DNA from: the human T2T-CHM13v2.0 reference genome, Homo sapiens
Assembly: GCA_009914755.4 (NCBI GenBank)
Contig: CP068257.2
Location: forward strand, 928,001 to 992,000
Direction: 5' to 3'
Length of the DNA: 64,000 nucleotides
The translations under genes were made by a program, and so were the position numbers. The notes under the pieces were generated by a model. It had not been told where the DNA came from. It saw only the letters and a program-made list of their open reading frames with translations, and ran no database searches. Numbering within the stretch: position 1 is the stretch's first letter; the number at the start of each line of letters is the position of its first letter. This document shows, piece after piece, positions 31,501-53,125 of the stretch.

Positions 31501-34500
31501 AACACTTGTGTAGGCTCGGCCTACAGGGAAATCTTGACATATCTCTGCACTGTTAACCGAGGTGATTTAACTCTTGCCTAGGCTGTGCCCACAGGGGGAT
31601 TGAGACATATCTCCGCACTGATCCCGAGGTGATCTAACTCTTGCCTGGTCTCTGCCTACTGGGGACATTGTGACATATCTCTGCACTGATCAACCAGGTG
31701 ATATAGCTCTTGTCTAGGCTCTGCCTACAATGGTCGTGTGACATATCTCTGCACTGATCACCCAGGTGATATAACTCTTCTCTAGCATCTGACCACAGGG
31801 TGCTTTGTGACATATCCCTGCAATGATCACCCAGGTGATATACCACTTGCCAAGGTTCTGCCTACTGGGGCATTGCAATGTATCTCTGCACTAATCACCT
31901 TGGTCTTGTAAATCTTTTCTAGAATCTGCCCACAGGGTGCTTTGTGACGTATCCCAGCAAGGATTACCCAGGTGATGTACCTCTCATCAAGGCTCTGCCT
32001 ACAGGCACATTGCAATGTTTCTCTGCACTGATCACCTAGGTCATGTAACTTTTGTCTAGGCTCTCTACGATGGCATTGCGACATATCTCTGCACTGATCA
32101 TCCAAGTGATGTAACCCTTGTCTAGGATCTAGCTAAATTAACTTTGTGACATAATCCTGTACTGATCATCCAGGTGATGGGCCTTTTGTCTAGGCTCTGC
32201 CTAAGGGGGCATTGTGACATATTTCTGCATTGATCACCCAGGTGGCAAACTCTTCTCTTGGATCTGCCTATGGGGGCATTGTGACAAATCTCTGCACTGA
32301 TCACCCAGGTGATGTAACTGTTGTGTAACCTCTGCCTACAGGGGAATTGTGAGAGATCTCGCCACTGATCACCCAAGTGATGTAACCATTGTCTAGGCTT
32401 TGCGTACAGGGGCTTTGTGACATACCTTTGCACTGATCACCCTGGTGATGTAACACATCTAAGTTCGGCCTAAAGGAGCTTTGTGACATATCTCTGCACT
32501 GATCACTTAGGTGATGTAACACTTTTATAAGCACGGCCTACAGGGAATTTTGACAAATCTCTTCACTGATCACCTAGGTGATGTAACTCTTGTCTACCCT
32601 CTGTCCAACGGGGCATTGTGAAATATCTCTGCAATGATCAACCAGGTGATTCAACCCTTGACTAGGATCTGCCTATGGAGGTTATTGTGAAATATCTCTG
32701 CACTGATAAACTAGGTGGTGTAACCCTTGTCCAAGCCCTGCCTACAGGGGCGTTTTCACATATCCCTGAACTGATGACAAAGGTGATGTAACTCTTGCCT
32801 AGGCTTTGTCTACAGGGGATATTGGACATATATTTGCAGTGATCACCCAGGTGATGCAACTGTTGCCTGGGCTTTGCCTACAGGGCACATTGTGACATAT
32901 CTCTTCAATGATTACCCATGTGATGCAACTCTTGCCTAGGCTTTGCCTACAGGGGACATTGTGACATATCTCTGCACTGATCTCCCAAGTGCTGTAACTT
33001 TAGTCTAGGCTCTGGCTACACGGCATTGTGATATATCACTGCACTGATCACCCAGGCGATATAACTCTTGTCTAGGCTCTGCCTACAATGGTCTTGTGAC
33101 ACATCTCTGCACTGATCACCCAGGTGATATAACTCTTCTCTAGGATGTGACCACAGGGTGCTTTGTGACATATCCCTGCACTGATCACCCAGGTGATCTA
33201 ACTCTGGTCTAAGCTCTGCCTAAAGGGGCATTGTGACAGATCTCTGCACTGATCACTCAGGTGATGTAACTGTTGTCTAGACTCTGCTTAAAGGGGCCTT
33301 GTCACATATCTCTTCACTGATCACCCAGGTGATGTAACTCTTGTCTAGGCTCTGCTCCCAGGGAATATTGTGACATATCTATGCACTGACCACCTTAGTG
33401 ATGTAACACTTGTGTAGGCGCGGCCTATAGGGGAATCTTGAAATATCTCTGCACTGTTAACCGAGGTGATTTAACTCTTGTCTAGGCTGTGCCCACAGGG
33501 GGATTGAGACATATCTCTGCACTGATCCCGAGGTGATCCAACTCTTGCCTGGTCTCTGCCTACTGGGGACATTGTGACATATCTCTGCACTGAACTCCCA
33601 GTTGCTGTAACTTTATTCTAGGCTCTGGCTACGCGGCATTGTGACATATCACTGCACTGATCACCCAGGTGATATAACTCTTGTCTAGGCTCTGCCTACA
33701 ATGGTCTTGTGACATAACTCTGCACTGATCACCCAGGTTATATAACTCTTCTCTAGGATCTGACCACAGGGGGCTTTGTGACATATCCCTGCAATGATCA
33801 CCCTGGTGATATATCACTTGCCAAGGCTCTGCCTACAGGGGCATTGCAATGTATCTCTGCACTGATCACCTAGGTCTTGTAACTCTTTTCTAGGATCTGC
33901 CTACAGGGTGCTTTGTGACGTATCCCAGCAAGGATTACCCAGGTAATGTACCTCTCATCAAGGCTCTGCCTACAGGCACATTGCGATGTTTCTCTGCACT
34001 GATCACCTATGTCATGTAACATTTGTCTGGGCTCTGCCTACGATGGCATTGTGACATATCTCTGCACTAATCATCCAAGTGATGTAACTCCTGTCTAGGA
34101 TCTGCCTAAACTAACTCTGTGACATAACCCTGTACTGATCATCCAGGTGATGGGGCTTTTGTCTAGGCTCTGCCTAAGGGGGCATTGTGACATATTTCTG
34201 CATTGATCACCCAGGTTGCGAACTCTTCTCTTGGATCTGCCTATGGGGGCATTGTGACAAATCTCTGCACTGATCACCCAGGTGATGTAACTGTTGTGTA
34301 ACCTCTGCCTACAGGGGAATTGTGAGAGATCTCGCCACTGATCACCCAAGTGATGTAACCATTGTCTAGGCTTTGCGTACAGGGGGCTTTGTGACATACC
34401 TTTGCACTGATCACCCAGTTGATGTAACACATCTAAGTTCGGCCTAAAGGAGCTTTGTGACAAACCTCTGCACAGATCACTTAGGTGATGTAATACTTTT

Positions 34501-34559
34501 ATAAGCACTGCCTACAGGGAATTTTGGCAAATCTCTGCACTGATCATCTAGGTGATGTA

Positions 34560-37300
34560 ACTCTTTTCTAGGATATGCCTACAGAGGGCGTTGTGACATC
34601 ACTCTGCACGGTTCACCCGGGTTATGTAACCCTGGTCTAGGCTCTGCCTATGGGGCATTGTGACTTATCTCTGCACTGATCACCCCGGAGATGTGACTCT
34701 TTTCTAAGCTCTTCCTAGAGGGACATTTGGACATATCTCTGCACTGATTGCTGAGATGCTGTAAAACTTGTCTACGCTTTGCCTACAGTGGGATTTATGA
34801 CATATCTCTGCACTGATCACCCAGGTGATGTAACTAGTGTCTAGGCTCTGCTTACAGGGAGTATTGTGAGATACCTCTGCACTGACCACACAGGTGATGT
34901 AGCTCTTGTCTCGTCTCTGCCTACAGGGGCATTTTCACATATCACTGCACTAATCACCGAGATGATGTAACTCTTTCATAGGCTTCGCCAACAGGGGGCA
35001 TTGAGACATACCTCTGCACTGATCACCGAGGTGATGCAACTCTTGTCTGGGATCTGCTTACAGGGGGCATTGTGACATATCTCTGCCCGGATCACCCAGG
35101 TGATGTAACTCTTGTCTAGGCAATGCCTACTGGAGTCAATGTGACATATCTCCGCACTGATCACCCAGGTGATGTCACTTTTGTCAAGGATATGGCTACA
35201 GGGACATTGTGACATGTCACTGCACTGATCACACAGCTGATGTAACTCTTGTCTAGGCTCTGGCTACAGGTGGCTTGTGACACATATCTGCATTGATCAC
35301 CCAGGTGATGTAACCCTTTTCTAGGCTCTGCCAAAAGCGGACATTGTGACATAAATCTGCAATGATCACCCAGGTGTTGGGACTCTTGTCTATGCTCTAC
35401 CTATAGGGGCATTGTGACATATCTCTGCCGTGATCACGCAGGTGATGTAACTCTTCTCTATATGTGCCTACTGGCGGCATGGTGGCATAATTCTGCACTG
35501 ATCAACCAGCTGATGGATCCTTGTCTTGGATCTGCGTCTGGGGGCATAGTGACATATCTCTGCACTGATCACTCATGTGATGTAACACTTGTCTAAGCTG
35601 CGACAAAAGGGGAATTGTGACAGATGTCTCCAGTGATCACCGAGGTGATGTAACAATTTTCTAGGATTTGTCTACAGGGGGCTTTGTGCTATATCTTTGC
35701 ACTGATCACCCAGGAGACGTAACTCTTGTCTAGGCCTGGCCTACAGGGGCTTTGTGACATATTTCTGCACTGATCACCAAGGTGATGTAACACTTGTTTA
35801 GGCTCTGCCTGCATGGGCTTTGTGTCCTATATCTGTACTGATCACCCATGTGTTGTAACTCTTGTCTAGGCTCCACCTACAGGGGCTGTTGTGACGTATC
35901 TCTGCACTGATCACCCAGGTGATGTAACTCTTGTCTAGGCTCCACCTACAGTGGGTATTGTGACGTAACTCTACAGAGATCACCCAGGTTATGTAACTCT
36001 TGTCCACTCTCTGCCTACAGGGTCATTGTGAACTGTCTCTGCACTGTTCACCCAGGTGATGGGACTCTTCTCTATACTCTGCCTGGAGGGGGATTTGTGA
36101 CATATCTCTGCACTGATCACTCAGGTGATGGAAGTCTTGTCTAGGCTCTGTCTATGCGCGCATTGTGTCAAATATCTGCACTGATCACCCAGGTGATGTA
36201 ACTCTTGTCTAGGCTCTGTCTACAGGGATTTTTGTCACATATGACTGCACTGATCACCGAGCTGATGTAAGCCTTGTATGGGCTTTGCATATAGAAGGCT
36301 TTATGACATACCTATGCACTGATCTCTGAGGTGATGCAACTCTTGTCTAGGCACTGCGTACAGGGGACATTGGTACATATCTCTGCACTGATCACCCAGG
36401 TGATGGACTCTTGTCTTAGACCTGCCTACGTGGACATTGTGACACATCTCTGAACTGATCAACCAAGTGATGAAACTCTTGTCTAGGCTCTGCCTACATG
36501 GGCTTTGCGACACATCTCTGCACTGTTCACCCTGGGGAGGGAACTCTTGTCTACGCTCTGCCTACAGGAGGCTTTATGACTTATACCTGCACTGATAACC
36601 TAGTTGATGTAACACTTGTCTAGGCTCTGCCTACATGGGAATTCTCACAAATCTCTGCACTGATCACCCAGGTGATGTAACTCCTCTCTAGGTTCAGCCT
36701 ACAGGAGTGTTTTGACATACCTCTGCACTGATCACCCAGGTGATGTAACCCTTGTCTAAGCTCTGCCTACAGGGGCATTGTGACAGATCTCTCCACTGCT
36801 CACCCAGGTGATGTAACAATTGTCTGGGCTTTGCCTACAGTGGGCTTTGTGATATACATTTCCACTGATCAAACAGGTGATGTAACCCTTGTCAAGGTTC
36901 TGCTTACAGGGGCTTTGTGACATATCTCTGCACTGATCACCCCAGGGAGGAAACACTTGTCTACACTCTGCCTCCTGGAGGCTTTATGACTTATCCCTGC
37001 ACTTATCACTAGGTGATGTAACACTTGTCTAGGCTCTGTCTACACAGCAATTTTCACATATCTCTACAATGATCACCTAAGTGATGTAACCCTTGTCTAG
37101 GTTCAGCCTACTGGGGATTTCTGACATACCTAAGCACTGATCACCTAGGTGACATAAATCATTTCCAGGCTTTTTTTACAGGGAACATTTTGAAATATCT
37201 CTGCACTGATCACCCAAATGATGCAAATCTTCTCTAGGCTCCTCAGGGAGTGGCATTGTGACATATTTATGAACCAATCATCCAGGAGGTGTAACTGTTC
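34560..37300. repeat. Diverged beta-satellite block (older, roughly monomeric) 3' of DUX4L copy 1. Homologous to the blocks at 55,660-58,205, and in part to 42,700-44,450 and 47,2xx-50,340.
   Basis: The monomer periodicity continues, but identity to the HOR array breaks at ~34,555-34,580. The segment 'ggcgttgtgacatcactctgcacggttcacccgggttatgtaac' matches 55,690 and 62,975. The spurious ORF 'MFPPWGDQCRDMSQSPCKQNLDKGYITCLISGNVYHKA' recurs at 36756, 43840, 49797 and 57664. Confidence 0.8.
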
Positions 37301-38021
37301 TGCAGGCTGTGTCTAAAGAGCGTCGGAAGGTGTTGGGAGAGCCTCAGCCGGAATTTCACGGATGGAGAAGGGCACAGAGAGGCCATCGATCTCCCTTGCA
37401 CGTCAGCTGCGGTGTGCAATGTGTGCAGGTGTAGCCAGGAGGCCGGCAAAGAGAGCTAGAGGTCTGCCTTCCCCCACCAGGCGCTCCATGGTGGCAGCTG
37501 GGAGGCTGCAGGTGGACAGGCGGGCCGGTGACTCTGGCGCAGAGGCGCAGAGGAGGTGAACCGCTGGAAGTTTGTCTGGCCTGGACACCACGCGGGGTCG
37601 GTGTTTCATGGGAAGGGAGTCTCCACCCAGACCCGGAGAGGACGCATTTTCTGGGGGTGGGGTGTGGGTGTGGGGTGGGGGTGTTCAGGCTGGGGTGAGG
37701 TAGTGGAAAGTCATGATAGCTCTGCCCGGGCTCCTCCCACAGCCCAGGCAGCTGCCCGCAAACCCGCGCGTACGCAGTAGGCGGCCCACCTGCTGGTACC
37801 TGGGTCGGCTATGGGATCCCCAGGATGCCCAGGAAAGAATGGCAATTCTCCGCTGTGTGGAGTCTCTCACCGGGCCTAGATCTGGAAGGCAGGAATCCCA
37901 TGCCGGTCAGCCCGGTGGAGGAGGTGTGGGGAAGACATGCCCCTCCACAGCCAGCCAGGTTTTCCCCGCGAAATAGAGGCCACCGCCCTGCCCCGACCCG
38001 ACACCGTCCAAACCTCACGTC

Positions 38022-39439
<1,418 letters not shown>

Positions 39440-40059
39440 TCATGAATGGCGGTGAGCCCTGGACAGCCCGCCCCACCCCGGAAGGGTCCCAGGGCGTCGA
39501 GGCCTGCGGCTGGGTGTTGGTGGGTTGGGGGGGGACTGCTTGGTGATGCTCGTGGTGGGGCCGGAGAGACGAAGAGTAAGGGGGCGAGTGGGAATTGGTT
39601 AGGGGGGCGCGTTTTGGTGGCTGGCTCTCCGGACCTCTCCAGGAATCCCGCGGGAACTGGAAGCCGCTCTCTGTGCTCCCATCCATCTTCAGCAGGGAGA
39701 AACCGGCCTGGGAGGATGCAGGGGAGTGTGGAACTGAACCTCCGTGGGAGTCTTGAGAGTTCCAGGACCTCTCTCCGTGAAGGAGGCAGTGCCTGTGCGT
39801 GTCGCCGCTGCCGGGACAGTCTCACACGCGTAGGAGTGTGGCTCTCGTTCATTTCCACGTAGGAGACCAGAGCGAGACCCCAGAGAGAAGATGCCTCCCC
39901 AGCGTGATGGTCTGATGATGGATTCCCGTGTGTGGCAACATGGGGAGTCTGCAGTGTGGCTGGTTTGGAAACTGGCAAGGAGAGCGAAGGCACCATGCGT
40001 GTCTTCAACCCCTCCCTGCATGTTTCCGGGTGCTGCAGAGCTCTGGGAGCAAACAGTCA

Positions 40060-42634
<2,575 letters not shown>

Positions 42635-42648
42635 ATCTCTGCACTGTT
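42635..42648. repeat. Target-site duplication (right copy) of the AluY insertion.
   Basis: See the left copy. Confidence 0.9.
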
Positions 42649-44449
42649 AACCGAGGTGATGTAACTCTTGTTTAGGCTCTGCCTACAGGGGCCTTGTGAC
42701 GTATCTCTGCACTGGTCACCCAGGTGATGTAACTCTTGTCTAGGGTCCACCTACAGGGGGTATTGTGACGTATCTCTGCAGTGAGCACTCAGGTGATGTA
42801 ACATTTATCTAGGCTCTGCCTGCAGGGGAGTTTTGAAATAGCTCTGCACTGATCACCTAGATTATGAAACTTTTGTCCACTCTCTGCCTACAGTGGACAT
42901 TGTGAAATATCTCTTCACTGATCACACGGGTGATGGTACTATTCTCTATACTCTTCCTAGAGGGGGATTTGTGACATATCTCTGCACTGATCACCCAGGT
43001 GATGGAAGTCTTGTCTAGGCTCTCTCTATGGGGACATTGTATCAAATATCTGCACTGATCACCCAGGTGATGTTACTCTTTTCTTGGCTCCACCTACAGG
43101 GGATATTGTGATGTAACTCTACACAGATCACCTAGGTTATGTAACTCTTTTCCACTGTCTGCCTACAGGGTCATTGTGAACTATCTCTGCACTGAGCATC
43201 CAGGTGATAGGACTCTTCTCTATACTCTGCCTGGAGGGGGATTTGTGACATATCTCTGCACTGATCACCCAGGTGATGGAAGTCTTAGCTAAGCTATGTC
43301 TATGGGGGCATTGTGTCAAATATCTGCACTGATCACCCAGGTGATGTATCTCTTTTCTCGGTTCTGTCTACAGGGATTTTTGTCACATATGACTGCACTG
43401 ATCACCTAGGTGATGTAAGCCTTGTATGCACTTTGCCTATAGAAGGCTTTATAACACATCTATGCACTGATCTCTGAGGTGATGCAACTCTTCTCTAGGC
43501 ACTGCCTACACGGGACATTGGTACAAATCTCTGCACTGATCACCCAGGTGATGGACACTTGTCTTAGATCTGCCTAAATGGACATTGTGACATCTCTGAA
43601 CTGATCAACCAAGTGATGAAACTCTTGTCTAGGCTCTGCCTACAGGGGCTTTGTGACACATCTCTGCACTGATCACCCTGGGGAGGGAACTCTTGTCTAT
43701 GCTCTGCCTACAGGAGGCTTTATGACTTATAGCTGCACTGATAACCTAGTTGATTTAACACCTGTCTGGGCTCTGCCTTCACGGGAATTCTCACATATCT
43801 CTGCGCTGATCACCCGGGTGATGTAACCCCTGTCTAGGTTCAGCCTACAGGAACGTTTTGACATATCTCTGCACTGATCACCCAGGTGATGTAACCCTTG
43901 TCTAAGCTCTGCCTACAGGGGCATTGTGACAGATCTCTCCACTGCTCACCCAGGTGATGTAACAATTGTCTGGGCTTTGCCTGCGGGGCTTTGTGATATA
44001 CATTTCCACTGATCAAACAGGTGATGTAACCCTTGTCAAGGTTCTGTTTACAGGGGCTTTGTGACATATCTCTGCACTGATCACCCCAGGGAGGAAACAC
44101 TTGTCTACACTCTGCCTACAGGAGGCTTTACGACTTATCCCTGCACTGATCACTAGGTGAGGTAATACTTGTCTAAGCTCTGTCTACACGGGAATTTTCA
44201 CATATATCTACAATGATCACCTAAGTGATGTAACCCTTGTCTAGATTCAGCCTACCGGGCATTTCTGACATACCTATGCACCGGTCACTGAGGTGATGCA
44301 AATCATTTCCAGGCTTTTTGTACAGGGGACATTGTGATATATCTCTGCACTGATCACCCAAATGATGCAAATCTTCTCTAGGCTCTGCAGGGAGGGGGCA
44401 TTGTGACATATTTCTGAACTGATCATCCAGGAGATGTAACTATTCCCCA

Positions 44450-44450
<1 letters not shown>
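42635..44450. repeat. Diverged beta-satellite block (distal part) 3' of DUX4L copy 2.
   Basis: Homologous to 35,870-37,300 and 56,790-58,205. For example, 'ggatttgtgacatatctctgcactgatcacccaggtgatggaagtcttgtctaggctct' appears at 42,96x, 36,08x and 57,00x. Confidence 0.8.
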
Positions 44451-47224
<2,774 letters not shown>

Positions 47225-47225
<1 letters not shown>

Positions 47226-50200
47226 ATGACACATCTCTGAACTGATCAACAAAGTGATGTAACACTTGTCTAGGCTCTGCCTACAGGGGTTTTGTGACAT
47301 ATCTCTACACTGATCACCCAGCTGATGGGACATTTGTCTAGGCTATGCCTGTGGGGGCATTGTGACATATCTCTACACTGATCACCCAGGTGATGTAACA
47401 CTTCTGTTGGATCTGCCTATGGGGGCTTAGTGACATATAGCTGCACTGATCACCCAGGTGATGGGACACTTGTCTAGACTCTGCTTATGGGGGATTTGTG
47501 ACATATCTCTGAACTGATCACCCAGGTGATGTAACGCTCGACTAGGCTCTGCCTACGGGGCATAGTGACATATCACTGCATTGATCACCGAGGTGATGTA
47601 ACTCTTGTCCAGGCTCTTCCTATAGGGGGACTTGTGACATATCTCTGCACTGATCATCTAGGTGATGTAACTCTTGCTAAAGCTCTCCCTGCAGGGGCAT
47701 TGTGAAATGTCTCTGCACTGATCACCCAGGTGAAGGGACTCTTCACTAGGCTCTGCCTACTGGGGGCATTGTCACATATTTCTGCACTGATCAAACAGGT
47801 GACGGACTCTTGTCTTGGATTTGCCTTTGGGGGCATTTTGACATATCTCTTCACTGATCACCCACGTGATGTAACTGTGGTCTAAGCTCTGCCTAAAGGG
47901 GCATTGTGACAGATCTCTGCAATGATCACTCAGGTGATGTAACTATTGTCTAGGCTCTGCTTAAGGGGGTCTTGTCACATATCTCTGCACTGATCACCCA
48001 GGTGATGTAACTCTTGTCTAGGCTCTGCTTAAAGGGGGTATTGTGACATATCTCAGCACTGATCACCTAAGTGATGTAACACTTGTGTAGGCTCTGCCTA
48101 CAGGGGCATTTTGACATATATCTGCACTGTTAACCGAGGTGACGTTACTCTTGTCTAGGCTATGCCCACAGGGGGATTGAGACATATCTCTGCACTGATC
48201 CCGAGGTGATCCAACTATTGGCTGGTCTCCACCTACTGGGGACATTGTGACATATTTCTGCACTGATTTCCCAGGTGTTGTAACTTTATTCTAGGCTCTG
48301 GCTACACGGCATTGTGACATATCACTGCACTGATCACCCAGGTGATATAACACTTGTCTAGGCTCTGCCTACAGGGGCATTGCGATGTATCTCTGCACTG
48401 ATCACCTAGGTCATGTAACTCTTGTCTAGGCTCTGCCTACAGTGGCATTGTAACATATCTTTGCACTGATCACCCAGGTGATTCAACTCTTTTCTAGGAT
48501 GTGCCTACAGGGAGTATTGTGAAATATCTCTGCACTGTTCACCTATGTGATGTAACTCTTGTCTAGGCTCTGCCTACAGGAGCGTTTTCACATATCACTG
48601 AACTGATGACAAAGGTGATGTAACTCTTGCCTAGGCTTTGCCTACAGAGGACATTGTGACATATATCTGCACTGATCACCCAGATGATGCAACTCTTCCA
48701 TACGCTTTGCCTACAGGGGACATTGGGACATATCCCTGTACTGATCACCCATGTGATGCAACTCTTCTCTATGCTCTGCCTACAGGGTTCATTGTGACAT
48801 ATTTCTGCACTGATCACCCAGGTGATGTAGCTCTTGTCTAGGCTCCACCTACAGGGAGTATTGTGACATATCTCTGCACTGATCACCCAGGAGATGTAAC
48901 TGTTGTCTAGGCTCCACCTACAGGGGGTATTGTGACGTGTCTCTGCACTGATCACCCAGGTGATGTAACATTTATCTAGGCTCTGCCTACAGGGGCGTTT
49001 TGACAAAGCTCTCCACAGATCACCTAGGTTATGTAACTCTTGTCCACACTCTGCCTACAGGGGGCATTGTGAAATATCTCCGCAATGATCACCCAGGTGA
49101 TGGTACTCTTCTCTATACTCTGCCTATAGAGGGATTTGTGACATATCTCTTCACTGATCACCCAGGTGATTGAAGTCTTGTATATGCTCTGTCTATGGGG
49201 GCATTGTGTCAAATTTCTGCACCAATCACCCGGGTGATGTAACTCTTGTGTAGGCTCTGTCTACAGGGATTTTTGTGACGTATCACTGCACTGATCACCT
49301 AGGTGATGTAAGCCTTGTATGGGCTTTGCATACAGAAGGCTTTGTGACATTTCTATGCACTGATCTCTGAGGTGATGCAACTCTTGTCTAGGCACTGCCT
49401 ACAGGGGACATTGGTACATATCTCTGCACTGATCACCCAGGTGATGGACTCTTGTCTTACATCTGCCTACATGGACATAGTGACATATCTCTGAACTGAT
49501 CAACCAAGTGTTGAAACTCTTGTCTAGGCTCTGCCTACAGGGGCTTTGTGACACATCTCTGCACTGATCACCCTGGGGAGGGAACTCTTGTCAACGCTCT
49601 GCCTACAGGAGGCTTTATGACTTATACCTGCACTGATAACCTAGGTGATGTAACACTTGTCTAGGCTCTGCCTACACAGGAATTCTCACATATCTCTGCA
49701 CTGATCACCCAGGTGATGTAACTCCTGTCTAGGTTCAGACTACAGGTGTGTTTTGAAATATCTCTGCACTGATCACCCAGTTGATGTAATCCTTGTCTAA
49801 GCTCTGCCTACAGGGGCATTGTGACAGATCTCTCCACTGCTCACCCAAGTGATGTAACAATTGCCTGGGCTTTGCCTACAGGGGGCTTTGTGATATACAT
49901 TTCCACTGATCAAACAGGTGATGTAACCCTTTTCAAGGTTCTGCTTACAGCGGCTTTGGTACATATCTCTACACTGATCACCCCAGGGAGGAAACACTTG
50001 TCTACACTCTGCCTACAGGAGGCTTTACTACTTATCCCTGCACTGATCACTAGGTGATATAACACTTGTCTAGGCTCTGTCTACACCAGAATTTTCACAT
50101 ATCTCTACACTGATCACCTAAGTGATGGAACCCTTGTCTAGTTTCAGCCTACTGGGGATTTCTGACATACCTATGCACTGATCACCGAGGTGATTTAAAT

Positions 50201-50349
50201 CATTTCCAGGTTTTTGTACAAGGGACATTGTGATATATCTCTACTCTGATCACCCAAATGATGCAAATCTTCTCTAGGCTCTGCAGGGAGGGGGCATTGT
50301 GACATATTTCTGAACCGATCATCGAGGAGATGTAACTATTCTCCAGGCT

Positions 50350-50350
<1 letters not shown>
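47225..50350. repeat. Diverged beta-satellite block between DUX4L copies 2 and 3.
   Basis: 68-bp periodicity. The flank-specific spurious ORFs recur here (48063 'MQKYVTMSPVGGDQ...' about 830 bp after copy 2; 49797 'MFPPWGDQCRDMYQS...' about 340 bp before copy 3). Confidence 0.8.

Positions 50351-53124
<2,774 letters not shown>

Positions 53125-53125
<1 letters not shown>

Larger units (their letters stand above)
1..34560. repeat. Beta-satellite (Sau3A-family, ~68-bp monomer) higher-order-repeat array. HOR unit ~1,974 bp (29 monomers) with 1,902-1,906-bp (28-monomer) variants, about 17 HOR copies. Monomers are the reverse complement of the usually written beta-satellite consensus.
   Basis: The 68-bp periodicity is directly visible; 'ctgcactgatcac' recurs at 1807 and 1875. 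Identical 62-aa spurious ORFs recur at 355, 2329, 4235, 6209, 8183, 10089, 11994, 13968, 16554, 18528, 20430, 22404, 24309 and 26214, with spacings of 1974, 1906 or 1905 bp. One GATC per monomer. Similarity to the beta-satellite consensus is from memory, not a database search. Confidence 0.85.

Noticed and set aside
1-34560. CRISPR-like appearance: very regular short direct repeats.
   Set aside because: There are no unique spacers; the whole unit is repeated. The 68-bp period is tandem satellite, and the context (Alu, DUX4L) is eukaryotic. No cas-like ORFs are present.
37362-37609. Promoter-like segment duplicated at the 3' end of each unit ('...ccggaatttcacggatgg...gcacgtcagctg...'), resembling the 5' 'gtgaaattccgg...ggctgaggtgcacgg' region.
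   Set aside because: This matches the known D4Z4 organisation, in which the distal 3' region ('TTCCGTGAAATTCTGGCTGAATG...GGCTGACGTGCAAGGGAGCT') is an ancient internal duplication of promoter-proximal sequence. It is not evidence of a second gene or of an adjacent unit start.
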